A stretch of DNA of 60,385 nucleotides, filler included, from Sphacelaria rigidula (GCA_964200075.2; 4 parts of 4 records of this genome joined end to end with filler, not necessarily neighbours in it), one strand, 5' to 3'. Numbered from the whole stretch's first letter, positions 11,001-23,366 are shown. A program made the numbers and translations. The notes: generated by a model from the letters alone, not told the origin.

Positions 11001-14000
11001 CGCTCCTGCAAATACCCGAATCTCAGGTGATAAACCTCGCAGAAAACACAATCTTGCAGTGGTACACGGTAGGGTCTCGCCAAGGGAAACAACAACAAAA
11101 ACGACGATTTGTACTGGGGAACTGATGCCCGTCAAACGTGTCTATACCTAGAATATTCCCCAGTCCTTTCCTTTCGATTCCCGCTTGGTTCGGTTTGTCT
11201 CTGTCTTTTGTCGTTTCGGCCTTTGGTTCTCTGTCTACTGGTATTGATTGTTATATCTTCTCCAGGCTGGGCCCAAGACGCGGACAAGACCGTGAACACG
11301 CGATTCAACAGCTCAATTGTGAGTCCTTGTCTATGAAATTTTGACATAATGTATAAGACGTATGTACGAAGACTCCATATTCTGCCCCATACCTTTTTTT
11401 TAGTTGTCGGAAGTTATTCACGATTTTGTTCCGAAATAAAATTTTGTGAAATGTTTAGTCGCCGATTACTAACGGAAAAAAAAAAAAAATGTAGGGGGTA
11501 GAAAATCGAGTTTTCGCACATACATCCTGTACATCGTGTAAAAATTTCATGGAAAAGTACTCAAAATTAAGCTGCTAAATCGCGCGTTCGGGTCGAGAGA
11601 CCGGTTCCTATTTGGAGATGAGCCAGCCACGAAAAAATGAAACGCGGTTATGCTGTTCAATTTCAAGTATTTCTCCACGAAATTCTGACAATTCTGTACC
11701 AGAAAATTTGTTCCGAAATTGATATCACCAATAACACACGAGGAAAAAAAATAGAGGAGGGGGAAACGGTAGGGGCTTCAGATATACCTAGTGTATATCG
11801 TGTCAAAACTTCATGGAAAACGACTTGAAATTGAGCAGTGAAATCGCGTTTTCCTGTCGAGAACCGGTTCACTTGCCTTCGAGTACAACAACCTCAGCCG
11901 GAATGATGACGTTTTCTACAAGCCTGATGCCTTGGGCGCTGGAGGTCTCATTTGCGTGCCATCTCAGACCCTGCGCGCGTACAGTACGACATGCATAGTT
12001 GTACAACCACAACTAGTGCAGCACCACTACTTTGCGGCCGCGGCACAACCGACCGTCACCTTAAATGCGATTTCAGCCGTTTTCTGCCCTAATTCCGCCG
12101 CACATGCCACCCTCACCTCTCTACACTTGCTGACTACACTTCGGTATTTCATTTGATGGAAACTTGTCAGATCGCAGTGCTACGTGAAGTGAAAGACGCG
12201 CGTTGATTTGCAGATCAACACGATTTGTCATGGTAAGCACAACTCGCGATAGATCGACAGTTACAAACGGCCGAAGGAAAGTCCGCTTCTTAGGCGGCCC
12301 AGCCTGTATGTATTCTTGTTTTCACTCTTCTGTACGTCTATCATGCGACCACGGCTGGACCCCTCCGGGGTCAGTTAAAGTGCGACAATTGATCAATCGA
12401 CTAAATCTTTTTTTCTTTAGCGACCGTTTCCATTTTGGTTACCATGGGTACATCTATTTCATGACAATGCCTGGGTCCCTCGAGAATAAGTTCAAGTGGT
12501 GCGACAATCAATCGATCAAATAAAACATACGACCCCCAGACTTCAAAATAACGGCCGGTATTCATCTATACAGTAAGCTGCACTGGACTCCCGAGCGCTA
12601 CTAGTAGTAGTGGAGGAAGCTGCCGCCACCCCACACCAAGGTGTGCCTCCAATAACATGACCTTCTTTATGGCTACATCGACATCTTCCTCCTGGCAGAA
12701 ATCACTGGCGAAGGAAATAGGACTGGAAGAAAAGTCGAGATAACGCGCAAAAAGTTCTGAAATACCATCATCCGCTCAAGAAAATGCTCCGAAATGACCA
12801 TCATCTCAACCACCAGACATATATACATATAGCAGCACATGAATACCTACCTACCGTACGGGTCCATACCTTAGCCCTCTCGATGTTTTTCCTACGATCT
12901 GCGTCAGTCAGCCTTTTCGGGTCATTCTTAGACATCCAGCCTGTGACCAAGAAGAAGCGGGGTAAAAATTTTAGTTTTCCACCGAACAACGAAAACAAGG
13001 GAGAAAAATACACGGAATCAATACACGGCAGAGGGGGGAGGGGATGGATGAGGTCGAGACGCGGATAAAGTATCACCCGCCCAAGCTGCACTCCACAGCC
13101 ACGACATACCCCAGGGAACAAGGATCCCCCCAACTCAACACAGTGACGAGTAGTACATCAAGGGGCCCGACTAACCGAAGGTCACGACCCACCTCGCCCC
13201 CCTCTAGGATGCTCTTGATTAATGGGGGAACTCTGCAAAAGTCCGTCAGAAATCCTAATTGATACAGCATTCACCACCGTATCGACATCATTTTTTGTAT
13301 CTGGTTAGAAAGGAGGGGGGGGGGGCGGCGGTACAATATCTCTCCTCAAATCGATAGAATGATCTTGCATGTGTATTTTACGACGTCTCACCTGTGAAGA
13401 CGCATTTCTCGTCAGTGAAGTCACACACACACAAACACCGCTACTCATGCCGAATTACGGCTCCGCGAACCTCACCTGGATTGCTGGTAGTATTCATGGC
13501 GTTGGCGCGCTTCACGGTGATAGCGCTCTCAGCCGACGGCTTCTTAAACCATTGTTCATCCTCACCGGAGGACGTACCCTCATCCCTCGCTGCAGCCCTT
13601 GCCGCCGCCGCTGCAGCTGCGGCCGAGGCACCATTCCTCGGAACGGTGCGTTTGATGTCGGGAGAGGTTACCACGTCGTCGTCGTCATCGTCGTCATCCT
13701 CCTCCACAACGCGCCGCGGCGACCTCTTGCCGTCGGAGTTGTTGCGGTGCGCTGTTTGTTCACCCCCCGAATAAACGAAACGCGTGGTTTGGGTGTGTAC
13801 GTGTGTGTAGACATCAGTGACCAAAGGGAGAAGGAAGAGAAAAGGGGAGAGGGGGATAAGGCGGGGCAGACGGGGCAGACGGGGCAAACGGACAGGCGGA
13901 GAGAGAGAGACGAACACGTACAGGAGGAAGGAGAAGGCGGGGCATGATCTTGTGACTCCCTATTTTACACGCTTTTACTTGAAGAGGCCCAACTCGGTCA

Positions 14001-14508
14001 AGCACCTAAAATGGCAACCTATAGTGTTCCCTACATCCGGATCTGCCTTGTGCATGTGTGCACACGCTGGACGATAGATTCTATTGTAAAAAAATGTACT
14101 GCGTACAGTATGGAATCTATTGTCTAATGCAACAGGCGCAATAGTCGATACTGTACGCAGTACTCTTTTTGACTCTGTTTTCCGTTGTCCAGGGTGTGCA
14201 TGTGTGAGACATGGAGATCATTGGCCACCAAATTTGAGCTGTATTTCGCGTACCAGACTTGATGCAGCCATTACAACAGTGAGCTCACTGCCCCAGATCC
14301 GTATGTACTCAAGAACACCGGCATCCCTTGCATTACTTACATAATACTGGACCTGTTACCGGCGAATGCAAAACTACTAGCACGACATATGCCCATACAT
14401 CTCACATCGATTGGAACCCTTCGCAGAGGCGTCAGCGCCGCCCTTGCGGGCGCCACTTTTGTAGGCAAACTTGGCGAACGGTGCGCCCGAGCGGTCCGAG
14501 CCAGACAT
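1315..14508 (-). CDS. SMARCAD1: SNF2-family ATP-dependent chromatin remodeller, SMARCAD1/Fun30/ETL1-like; 5' portion only, the rest lies beyond or near the left edge
   Basis: Phase-consistent GT-AG exons (minus): 14508-14406 ([17 protein letters not shown]), 13751-13476, 12940-12870, 12691-12662 (30-nt, least certain), 7015-6824, 5068-4259, 3123-2840, 1464-1315. The 2840/1464 join rebuilds [11 protein letters not shown], followed by [19 protein letters not shown] (SNF2 motif I). The long acidic N-terminus and '[13 protein letters not shown]' before the ATPase fit the SMARCAD1/ETL1 subfamily (subfamily call is inference). Confidence 0.85.
7175..7271. mobile_element. ~97-bp piggyBac-like mini-MITE
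   Basis: TTGA|CCCTTTGACGGCGAGAGTAGGTCAT...GACTACCCTCCCGGTGTTAGGG|TCAA. Homologous to copies at 45719-45931 and 59928-60025. Confidence 0.65.
9225..9396 (+). repeat. Direct copy of the foldback's spacer plus the start of its right arm
   Basis: ccccgccggtgaaataaactggcgactaccagaacagtacgagtag...ggctattttggagcttag occurs at 9225-9396 and again at ~9607-9777. Confidence 0.85.
9411..9942. mobile_element. Foldback / long-TIR non-autonomous element in a SMARCAD1 intron
   Basis: 9411-~9610 is a near-perfect reverse complement of ~9743-9942 (ttaatttctgtgggtgctacaggggttgggatgggc ... gcccatcccaacccctctagcacccacataaattaa). TTAA lies at both outer ends, with a ~135-bp spacer. Confidence 0.85.
11333..12306. 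mobile_element. Second, diverged copy of the Tc1/pogo-like MITE at 23367-24347; left boundary approximate
   Basis: Ends gcttcttaggcggcccagcctg|TA at 12306, the reverse complement of the terminus at 23367. It contains the same internal inverted repeat (atgaaattttgacat...atcgtgtaaaaatttcat, 11333-11550). Confidence 0.6.
12325..12520 (+). mobile_element. 3' tail fragments of a non-LTR retroelement (RTE-like, CAAT tail)
   Basis: gtacgtctatcatgcgaccacggctggacccctccggggtcagttaaagtgcgacaat matches 26117-26195. Confidence 0.6.
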
Positions 14509-15129
14509 ATTCACCAGGACTTCTCCAACACCGCGTCAAGAGTGTCGAGTACCGTTCCTGGGGTTGCAAGTACCGTCCGTGGTGTTCCCGGACCACTGCT
14601 ACACCGTCGAGCACCGTTCGCGGAAATAGAGCACCGGTCGTCGAGCCGTCTCCCGCGTTTGTACTGTATTGTATACTGTACCGTTGCCACGCTGTAGGAG
14701 CAACAAAAGCCCGATACAGAGGCGGTCAAACGAGAGAGACAGAGTACCCGATACTCCATTGATACTTCAAAGATTGATCGAAATACACTGTCGACAGCTG
14801 CAACTCAACATTGTATCCGGCGTTCACATGCGACGTTTCTTGTATACTAAATTGTAAGAAAGATGCGTCCTGTGCTGTACTGTTGTTGTACCGTAGGCAA
14901 GATTCATTTGTGGGTCACGCACTCCACCTCTTGCTGAAACTGTCGCAGTCTTTGAATAGGAGGATCTCTGCCAGTCCAACTTGGGGGGGGGGGGGGGGGG
15001 GCGGGGGCAGGATTAAAGGGTGGGAGAGGNNNNNNNNNNNNNNNNNNNNNNNNNNNNNNNNNNNNNNNNNNNNTTAATTAATTAANNNNNNNNNNNNNNN
15101 NNNNNNNNNNNNNNNNNNNNNNNNNNNNN

Positions 15130-15246
15130 ATCAGCTTCGTTGGCGCTTCATCTTTTCTGTGAACCCAACTATGGGATGATCAGAAGAGTTTGAATGCACA
15201 AACGATTAAAAGCCCATACCGGACTTTACTTATGGGACAGAGGAAG
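15130..15246. mobile_element. Right end of a Stowaway-like MITE; the left end is lost in the gap
   Basis: cggactttacttatgggacagaggaag|TA, the same TIR as 24578-25187. Confidence 0.6.
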
Positions 15247-15358
15247 TATACGATCAACTGTTCATAGATCATGTCATAGAGGTGAGATCCGTGTTTTCCT
15301 TGTCGCAGCATTTTACGAATGAGTTCACGTTTTGTTGCATACTATACACAGTTCCTCC

Positions 15359-16571
15359 ATGAGAGCCACGACCGGAAGACTGAAAGTGTACACAAATACC
15401 GCCCTCATCTTTCGTGGTATCGGCGCTGCTCCGTTAGCCGTCTCTCCCTCGATCATGCCAGCTGTAGGTGGCGTGTACCTCCTGCCAAATACGGTGTGCC
15501 TCCTGCCAAATACGGTGTGTAACATGTGTACGCGCTGACGCGATTTTTGTGTGTGTAGCCTGCGCGTGCTTCGGTGTATCAGAGTGAATGCCTCGAAATG
15601 AGGACGAGCTGCAAAACAACGCCTGACGAGACCATGCGTTTGCCACACATTGTGATTGCCTCAGGTGGCCTTAGCTCAGCACCTGTTCCGCCTTGCGCAG
15701 GTTCAATACCACTCCCGATACGAGCGCTTGAGCCATAGGGAAATCAGGTATTTTGAGGCGGAATATTTATTTGGAAAAGTGCGATAGGTGGGCGACCGCT
15801 GAGTAGTCCACTTTATCCTCGTTCGGTCTTCTTCAATGATCTTGCTTGGGTCCTCTGCGTTGTCTTTGACCCTGCCTCCGGACCTTTTCGCCCATCTATC
15901 CTCGATTGGCTTTTTTAGACTCCGGAGCTAATATGCCAAGAGCTTCAGAACTAACGTGCGAAGAGCCTTTTTGAAGCTTGCCAAGGGCAATTGTCAAGGG
16001 CAAGGAGCCTGATCGTGCTTGTACACGACGACCATTTTACGCGGGGAGCATCGGATACATTGACCCCTCAATCCTCGAAATACGTAAAGGCAATCACGAC
16101 CTACTACCTGCCTCCCCCCCGCCCCAACCCTGTCCACTATTTCCCTCCGCCACGTTTTCGCTCCGCAGAGAAGTCGTGGCATCGGGAGGGCCGAATGCAG
16201 ACGATCACCCCGAGTTGCATCGTCTACTCGTAGAGCATGACCAAAACAGCACCATGAACGATCTGGGTAGTAATACCACGACCAAATACAGAGGCCCGAA
16301 AAACCCAGTCACGTCGCAACATATAGCGGGTAGTGAGGTGCGCGGAGCAGTAGCAGCAGCATCAGTAGCAGGAGCGAGCAGACGCGCTGATGGGGGGCAG
16401 CAGGGAGATTGTTTAGCAACCAGTGGCTTCCTGTCCGACGTTGAACATGCCTCGGGGGTTGAAGGCGGGGGTTCGTCGGTTGAACCCAAGGGGCCAGGAA
16501 AGGGTGTGGTCCTGGGCACTGATGATGACGACGGAGGTATCGCCTTGTCCGGCAAAATCTGCCCCTGGTAG
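15359..16571 (+). CDS. Hypothetical protein of ~206 aa, 3 exons, family not recognised; the 5' end may extend into or across the gap at 15030-15129
   Basis: Exons 15359-15493 (MRATTGRLKVY...VYLLPNT|GTGTGC), 15665-15747 (cag|VALAQHLFRLAQVQYHSRYERLSHREI-AG|GTATTT) and 16169-16571 (pyrimidine-rich tract ...ctccgcag|A GAA GTC, then EVVASGGPNADDHPELHRLL...ICPW*). Phases match at both junctions (0 and 2). Confidence 0.55.
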
Positions 16572-16735
16572 TGTCGTCCGCGTACGGAATCTATCGCGAT
16601 CTGAATGTGTTCCTCGGAGGGTTTGTTCAATTTTGGCAGTAGTACACAAAGCACTGGTTCACTCGAAAAAATGACCTACGCAGTACCGTCACCCGCTATA
16701 CCGGTTACCACGGATGACCAAAACCAAGCAAAGAT

Positions 16736-16870
16736 TAATTTGACTGATTGACGCACTTTAACTGACCCCCCAGGGGTCCAGCCGTGGCCGCATGATGGGC
16801 GTACCCAAGAAAAGCAAAATGAAAACTCTCGCTGAAGAAAATAAGGAATAGAAACAAGTCAAACAGAGTG
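16736..16870 (-). mobile_element. RTE-like LINE 3' tail, reverse orientation
   Basis: Reverse complement of the ...gtacg..catcatgcggccacggctggacccc..gggggtcagttaaagtgcgtcaatcagtcaa family seen at 26117-26195. Confidence 0.6.
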
Positions 16871-17161
16871 ACGTAGTAGACGAGGACGCATGTACAGGAA
16901 TACGGACATACAACTAAATATCTCCACAGGCACTCGCTTGTACCACTTTGAGAACTCCACCCCCCCGACCGTGTAGGCCATGGTTACCCAAACTCCAGAT
17001 GCCCAAAGATGCAGGAGACCTCAGGTTACGTTTTCCCCTCGCCGCTCTGCCGCTCGGCAAATAGAACGGGTCGTCAGAGATGATTTCGTTTGGTGGCGGA
17101 AGCAAACAATATGTCTGCCGCGGCAATCTAGTCCCCTTCGCGTATGTAGCAAAGACGCCCA

Positions 17162-20100
17162 TCAGATATCGGCGCTCTGCTCCGCGATAACGATGTTGTA
17201 TGTCTGAGCAAGAGTCAAGTGCGCACCGCAGCGGAGAGCGAAGGCGCGCTGTTTTTCATCAGACCCCGTAATTTGCAGTACAGCACGATTTGGGACTATG
17301 TGGTTGGCGTCGGGGATTTATCATGTGCTTCGTGAGTTTGAATATAGTAGTTACGGCAAGGTCATGTTGCATCGCTCTGGCGATCTATACACATAAAGCA
17401 ACCAACCACAAGAGGGCTCCATTGTGATGCGATGTTTTTCTTGAAAGGAATGTTTACACACCGGGTAGCAACTCAGCTTGAAATCCGCGTCTAGCATGGA
17501 AGCATGTCGGGGGCAATCGCGTAAAATCGCAGTGCTTGCAGTCAACATGTTGAATGTTCTCAGTCGTGTAAACATATCTTTTTACTATTTGCCCGCACTA
17601 CGCCGAGGTTGTAATGAGCGTTTTAGGACTCCTCTGGCAGGATCGCTACTGTGAGATCATTCCAATATGAAACACGTATGTATGCGCACCTGTTTGATCA
17701 AGTTGCCGTGTCCGGAACCCCAGCCGTAGTGCCCCGGGCCAGGCACGTCACCTTTCCGTGCGCTAGGGTCCTTGAACCGCTCTTGCGAACTCACCATGAT
17801 CTTTTTCCGCGAGTGCACCCGGCCGAGCTTCTCGATATCGCGAATGTTGTAACTTCCCGGACCAATTCCATCGGGGACGTTCTTGGTCAGATACTATACG
17901 GCAAGGAATAGCAGCGGTGATGACTATGATTTGACTGACATGGGAGGACCCTCCCAACAAGACCGGTATACACCGTTGTGCAGCTAATATCTGGATCTAC
18001 CTTCTTCGACAGGCTGGCGTGGTTCTTTCAGGACTTGATCCTGCTGAGTTCACGATTGCATTTGAAGAATAGAAAGACGTGGCGCCGTTCTGCTCCCCCA
18101 TCGATAGATTGATGGATTGGTTGTCGCAAACACTGATTGATTTGCTGCAAACCTGGTCGTGGTCACACGATGAGCGTACCTAGACCAAATGAAGGAAAAC
18201 TCCCGCTGAACGGATACATGGAAACAATAAATGAGGGAGCAAAACGACTCGAAAACTGAAAGGAAAGGAGAAAAACAAGGGAAAAATTCGGGGTGAGGTC
18301 TGGTATCGACCACGAACGAAGACAATCGAAAAGAAGCCCCCTGCCGCATGCATGGCTTAGGTGAAGAGGCCGTTGTAATAAAATACGGATACATTTGTGT
18401 GTGAAAGTGTGATGAATTCTCGCCTGGCACTTGGGATAATTTTCCCCTTCTATGTGTTGACATTTACACCACATCGCCCCCTTTGAGCCTTTTCCTACGT
18501 TCTTCGACGAGGAGAGGTTTGTAGAGGTAGCCTTTCTCGACTGTAAGCGGTGACGATATTTCGTCTTTTAGGTGGACCAGCCAATCAGCAATTCCCTCGC
18601 AAGACTTGTCCGTGAGTTTATAAAGTCTACTTTGTGGTGAACTGCTGAATTTCTCGCCCCCCCATCGATTGTACATCTTCTCGTTGCCCGCTTAACTTTG
18701 GGGGAGTTTCCATTTGGTCGTGTTGCCGGCTGCCGGGGACTCGAATTCGGGACGCACTGCTCAGGGAGTATACAGAGTCATCCCACCGGCGTCCCCAAAG
18801 TGGATCCTCGACAGACACTTGCGGCGGGACTCTTTCTCTTTTATGTGGCAGTATCCATACTTGGGCCGAAGTAGGCTCGTTCCCCCCTAGTGCGAGGTAT
18901 TCGTGCTTCTGCGACGTATTTTGTGTGGTATATATTTAGTAACCCTAGTCGGGTACTACTTCTGTCTTGAGGATCCGGATGGGCGTGGTTCGATGAGTGC
19001 CTTGCTTCTTAACGTGTTTATTTTGAACGGAGTGTAGCAAGTTAGAACGAAGCACACCGAAGTGCAACGAACAAGTGTCACGGATCAGCCAACACTCTTT
19101 GGTAACGATAACAGAGAGCAGCGCAGCGGTACTATACCTCGAAGCGGTTTTTGGACTGCTTGCCGATGGCCGGAATCCCCCGTGCTCTTGCGACCTGTCG
19201 GACTTCGTACTGCCCGGGGGCCGGTCCGGCATCTGCGGAAGATGGCCGACCAAACCTTTTGCTTGCTGGAGCGGGCGATGCCGTTTCAAGAAACACAGGA
19301 AGCAGGCATGTAGTGGTCGGTTCCGCGAGGCTATGAGGGGGGGCATCACCACCTTTCATGTTTGATAGATTTCTAGGAATCATGGTGTGCTACGGGCGTC
19401 TTCAAGGATACTACTGCTCAGTAGACCCTACTCGTTGACGCGCGAGCCCATCATAACCCTAGTTGGGCAGCTCGATCCGCATTTAAGGAATACTGCAACT
19501 ATTATTTAGGCACTGTCTGAAGCCACAGAGGTATTGACCATTCGCTTTCGCTCGGAATCTGGCTGGACTTGTTTTCTGACCATACAGTTTGCTTCCCATC
19601 AAGTGCAGTACCTGGAATTACCCGCCCATGACATGAGCTCGACCCGGCAAGCTCGTTCAAGGGCTCGTGAATGGTAACCAATGTTTCCGTCACACTCTTG
19701 CGCTTTTGTTTAATTCACCTGATGCAAAACAAGACAGTGCGCTCGGCAGGCGCTTTCCGGCGACGCTAGCCGACGAAGACGCAATTATACCACCCCTACC
19801 ATCATCATTGGCACTCGAGACGGAATCCGCTTCCAGATCATAATAGCCCGGTCCTGGCATACTTAGCTGCCCCGCACCCTCCACAGGGAATCTTCGAGAC
19901 GTGGACCCGAAGGCACCCCCGGCACCACCTCGCCTGCCGGAGCCCTTACGATTGACCTCATCAGCCATGCCGCCGGGATTGTAGGCGGCAGGTCCCGACT
20001 CGGTATTCTTCGGCAAATTGTCGGTGAATCGAAGTGTTGTGGACTGGAAGCCGATCGGGGCATGTTGTGAGGCGGCGGACGCTGGTCCTGTGTGATGCCG

Positions 20101-22152
20101 CGTCCTAAACAACGTTCGCCAGCGGTCAAAGTCGCTGGGAGCGGCGATATACGACCCAGGTCCAGGGGCTCGATTATTTTTGTTGATGCCGCTGCCCGTT
20201 GTGGGATCATTAAACCGACGAGAGGTTGACAAGAAAGACAGATCTTTGCGAGATGGATCTCGTTTGACATCCAACCCGCTTGGCACTGCGTAGTCGCCCG
20301 GGCCCGGCGATATCCCTTGTCGTACATTCCTTTGCAAATGATCTCGCTTCGAGCCGTAGTGGAAACTGGCCGTAGGCCTTTGTCGTTTTCGACGAATACC
20401 TGTCCTAACATGAATAACTTCGTCTCCCGCGCCGAGGCCCTTCGCGGCGTTGTAGTGACCCGGACCCGGGGTGGTAGAAGCCCTTGCCCTGCTCAAGATG
20501 ACCGAACGATCTTCACCCTTGGAAAAATCGACTGCGGCCGGCTGGCGGCGCGTAAATTCGACCCTCGGGTTGTAGTCCACCGGACCCGGTCGATCATCAC
20601 CTCGTCCGCTGTGACCCAAATCTAGCGGACCCTGCATTACAAGCTCTCCCTGCTCACCTTCCTCGTAGCCGTAGCTTTGCTCGCGGCCAGGGATGGAAGG
20701 CGCCGTCGGGACACGCACCCATTTGATCCGATCGCTCTCCGCCTTGAAATTTCCCCCGAGGCCTTTATCCTTGTTTCCGAACTCCTCGTGGCCAAGGTAG
20801 GTACCGGGACCCGGTGTATTGTTCTTGGCTTGTGGAGCTTGAAATCGACGTGTTTCGGACCGAAATACGTCGCTTGGTTTACCAGAGTAGGTGCAGTTGG
20901 GTACCGCGTCGCCTGAGTAGTAACCCGGCCCCGGGAGGTCTACCGCCATGCCGGTCCCGAGTTTTCTTTCCGAAGTGCTGAGAAAAGGTGCATAACTGGG
21001 GATTTTGTCCGACTTCGATAGATTGCGCCCCACATCGTATGATCCTGGACCAACTCCTGTCAGTATAGAAGTGGCTGCGCGGAATAAAATGACCCAAAAA
21101 GCAAAGCAGGGATGTCATTGAGAATGTGGTTCATGTAGCACGTTACCGAAGACCTAAAGTACCGGCGCAGGGTCATTGCACGTTCTCGTTCTCGATTACC
21201 TGCTGTGTCTAACAGCGTTTACCGTACCGATGCATGCTCGTAGCCGCACACGCACAGCTTGCTTACACCCAGCTACGCTTATACTACCCGTGACATTGCC
21301 AGGAGGACGAATCGTAACGCGGGTACGGAAAATGAAGTCACACAAGTCAGTCATACCATTTACTGTTGCAGTCCGCGTGCCAGTCAAGTACTGTAGGACT
21401 AAATTGTGTGTTTCAACTTTTGAAAATACCTGTGCTTCACCATCAAGGACCGATAAAGAGCGATGTAGCTACAATTGCATCGGGTTATCAGCATGCCTGG
21501 GATCTTCAAATCGCGCATGGGGCAGTGTAATTATTGATGGCCATATCTTGACCATGGTGATAATGCTCGGGTTCTCAATGCAGAACGGGTGGCCACGAAG
21601 CGAGTTGCGATAACTCAGTACTGGTTTGCTTTTCGACAGTGGACTTCTTCCACTGTTGGGTTCACCACAAGCCCCACGATGCAAACATGGCGTAGATTTT
21701 CATGACGGCAGTGGGGTAATTGACAGCCCCGGGCAAGCCATGCATGGCGGAACACCGCCGAAGATGATGTCGCTAGTAGCGGTACTTCAGCTCGATCGGC
21801 ATTACTTTTACTCATAAAAAACTTGCGAACCCCAGGTGAAACCCTGTCGGTGAGAGGGTCAAGAGCCCTCTTGCCAAGCTACCTTCGCCGCTGCGCTTGG
21901 ATAGTTTGCCTAGACGAAACAGAGGGTTGAAGCAAGATAAATTAGCAAGCACAAGATATATGCTGTGCTGTGGACATATGAAAAACAACAACAATTAATG
22001 CCGCCCTACCAGTCTGCACGACGGTGCAGCACAGACAACATGGGAGCCAGACACATGATTGCCACTTCACGTGGGCTTCCCTCACTTTCTACGATGCCAC
22101 CGGCCCGCCATTTGTCTCGCTCCGTTCTGGTGTTGAATCCAAGATTGGGCAT
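17162..22152 (-). CDS. SHIPPO-repeat (sperm-tail PG-rich repeat) protein, STPG2/ODF3-like flagellar microtubule-associated protein, ~592 aa
   Basis: Exons 22152-22086 (MPNLGFNTRTERD), 21056-19719, 19265-19138, 17893-17690 and 17203-17162 (TYNIVIAEQSADI*). All are GT-AG and in phase, totalling 1779 nt. There are more than 10 PGPGxY-type repeats (VGPGSY, PGPGYY, PGPGTY, PGPGHY, PGPGDY, PGPGSY, PAPGQY), many preceded by F.S...RF. Confidence 0.92.
18105..18300 (-). mobile_element. Diverged LINE 3' tail in an STPG-like intron
   Basis: Reverse complement reads gtacgctcatcgtgtgaccacgaccagg...gcgacaaccaatccatcaatc after a T-rich tract, related to 26117-26195. Confidence 0.45.
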
Positions 22153-22890
22153 ATTTCACTTTCCATCTGCTTATCTTTCGCTAGCCCCGCTACCGACGGT
22201 ATTGCATGAGACGGCAATGAACAGCCGCCGCTCCATTACAGGATTAAGGGCTGGGTGCGAGAGTAGGCGTTCCCGGCGTCTCAAACACATGCTCCTGTCG
22301 AAAAGTATATTTTACAGTTTCAGTTAGGATCCAATGGTTTGCCATAATCCACCCCTACCGATGACTTCGGCGTTGTGCACAGTTTTTCCTGGAGTGGGAG
22401 GCGGCAACGCCAACTGTTACGAGCGAAGTGTGTCTTTCATAGGGGTTGTCTATGTACTTAGGTACTGGATACCGATTTCCCCCCCAATAACGATGTGTCC
22501 GTCTTTTCGCCTCTGGACTGTCAGTCTTGCCACCGCGGGTCTGATTGAAAGACAAAGATAGCGCAGTTATTATACTGTGCTTGTACTGTGTACAGAATAC
22601 GGTTCTGTATTAGAATATGATCGCAGCTTATGATGCAAATGGAAGATGATAAACAATGTTTAGCGTTTCAGGTGCGGAAGATGGTGCTGAGTGTAAGGTG
22701 ACCATATCCAAGCGAGGGTGGCTGGGCTGGAGCAAGCGCCGGCACGCCTGTCGTCGAGTGCCACCATCGAGGAAAACATGTCACAGTAGTACTCATATAG
22801 GCCAGGACCATGGTGGGAAGTATAGAGGCATGGTCATGGAGCAAGATATACTGGCAGCACGCAATCTACAACTGTTCTACAAAATGGGAG

Positions 22891-23232
22891 TAGCACGGGT
22901 TGGCCCGCAAGGCGCCGGCGCCGCGCCCGACCGTGTACCCAGGGAACAGGCAGCACGTCACCGTGCAGTACTGTATCAGTAGCCTGATACGATACTTGTA
23001 CCACCGTGCCGTATGTCACATACGCAAGGTGCATGCCTCAATGCACAGTACGTGCGTTGAACAAAACGCCGATTTACAACTGCATAACAACAATAGCACG
23101 GCTCGGCTCGCAAGGCGCCGGCGCCCCACCCGGCCGTGCACCCAGGGAACGGGCAGGACGTCACCGTGCAGTACTGTAGGAGTAGCCTGATCCGGGACTT
23201 GTACCACCATGCTGTATGTCACATACACAAGG
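22891..23232 (+). repeat. Near-tandem duplication: ~140-bp shared unit with ~205-bp period
   Basis: tagcacgg...cgcaaggcgccggcgcc...cccagggaac...cgtcaccgtgcagtactgta...agtagcctgat...acttgtaccacc.tgc.gtatgtcacatac.caagg at 22891-23030 and 23094-23232. Confidence 0.8.
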
Positions 23233-23366
23233 AGTATGCTCGATGCACAACGGGTACGTTGAACAGAATGCCGGTCGCAACAAGAGAAGGGATTGCCATA
23301 TATATCCCAAGGTCCCACCAACTAAACCCCAAGAGCCATAGCCCCCCGAGCAACTGGATTTTGGTA

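Noticed and set aside
11877..11970. Possible exon [31 protein letters not shown] with a GC-AG donor
   Set aside because: It lies within the MITE copy at 11333-12306, and its 3' phase does not fit the next exon (7015, phase 0).
15030..15129. TTAATTAATTAA centred in N-runs (also 30156-30254 and 45272-45371)
   Set aside because: The same 12-mer, which gives stops in all six frames, sits inside each ~100-bp gap. It is an artificial scaffolding linker, not biology.
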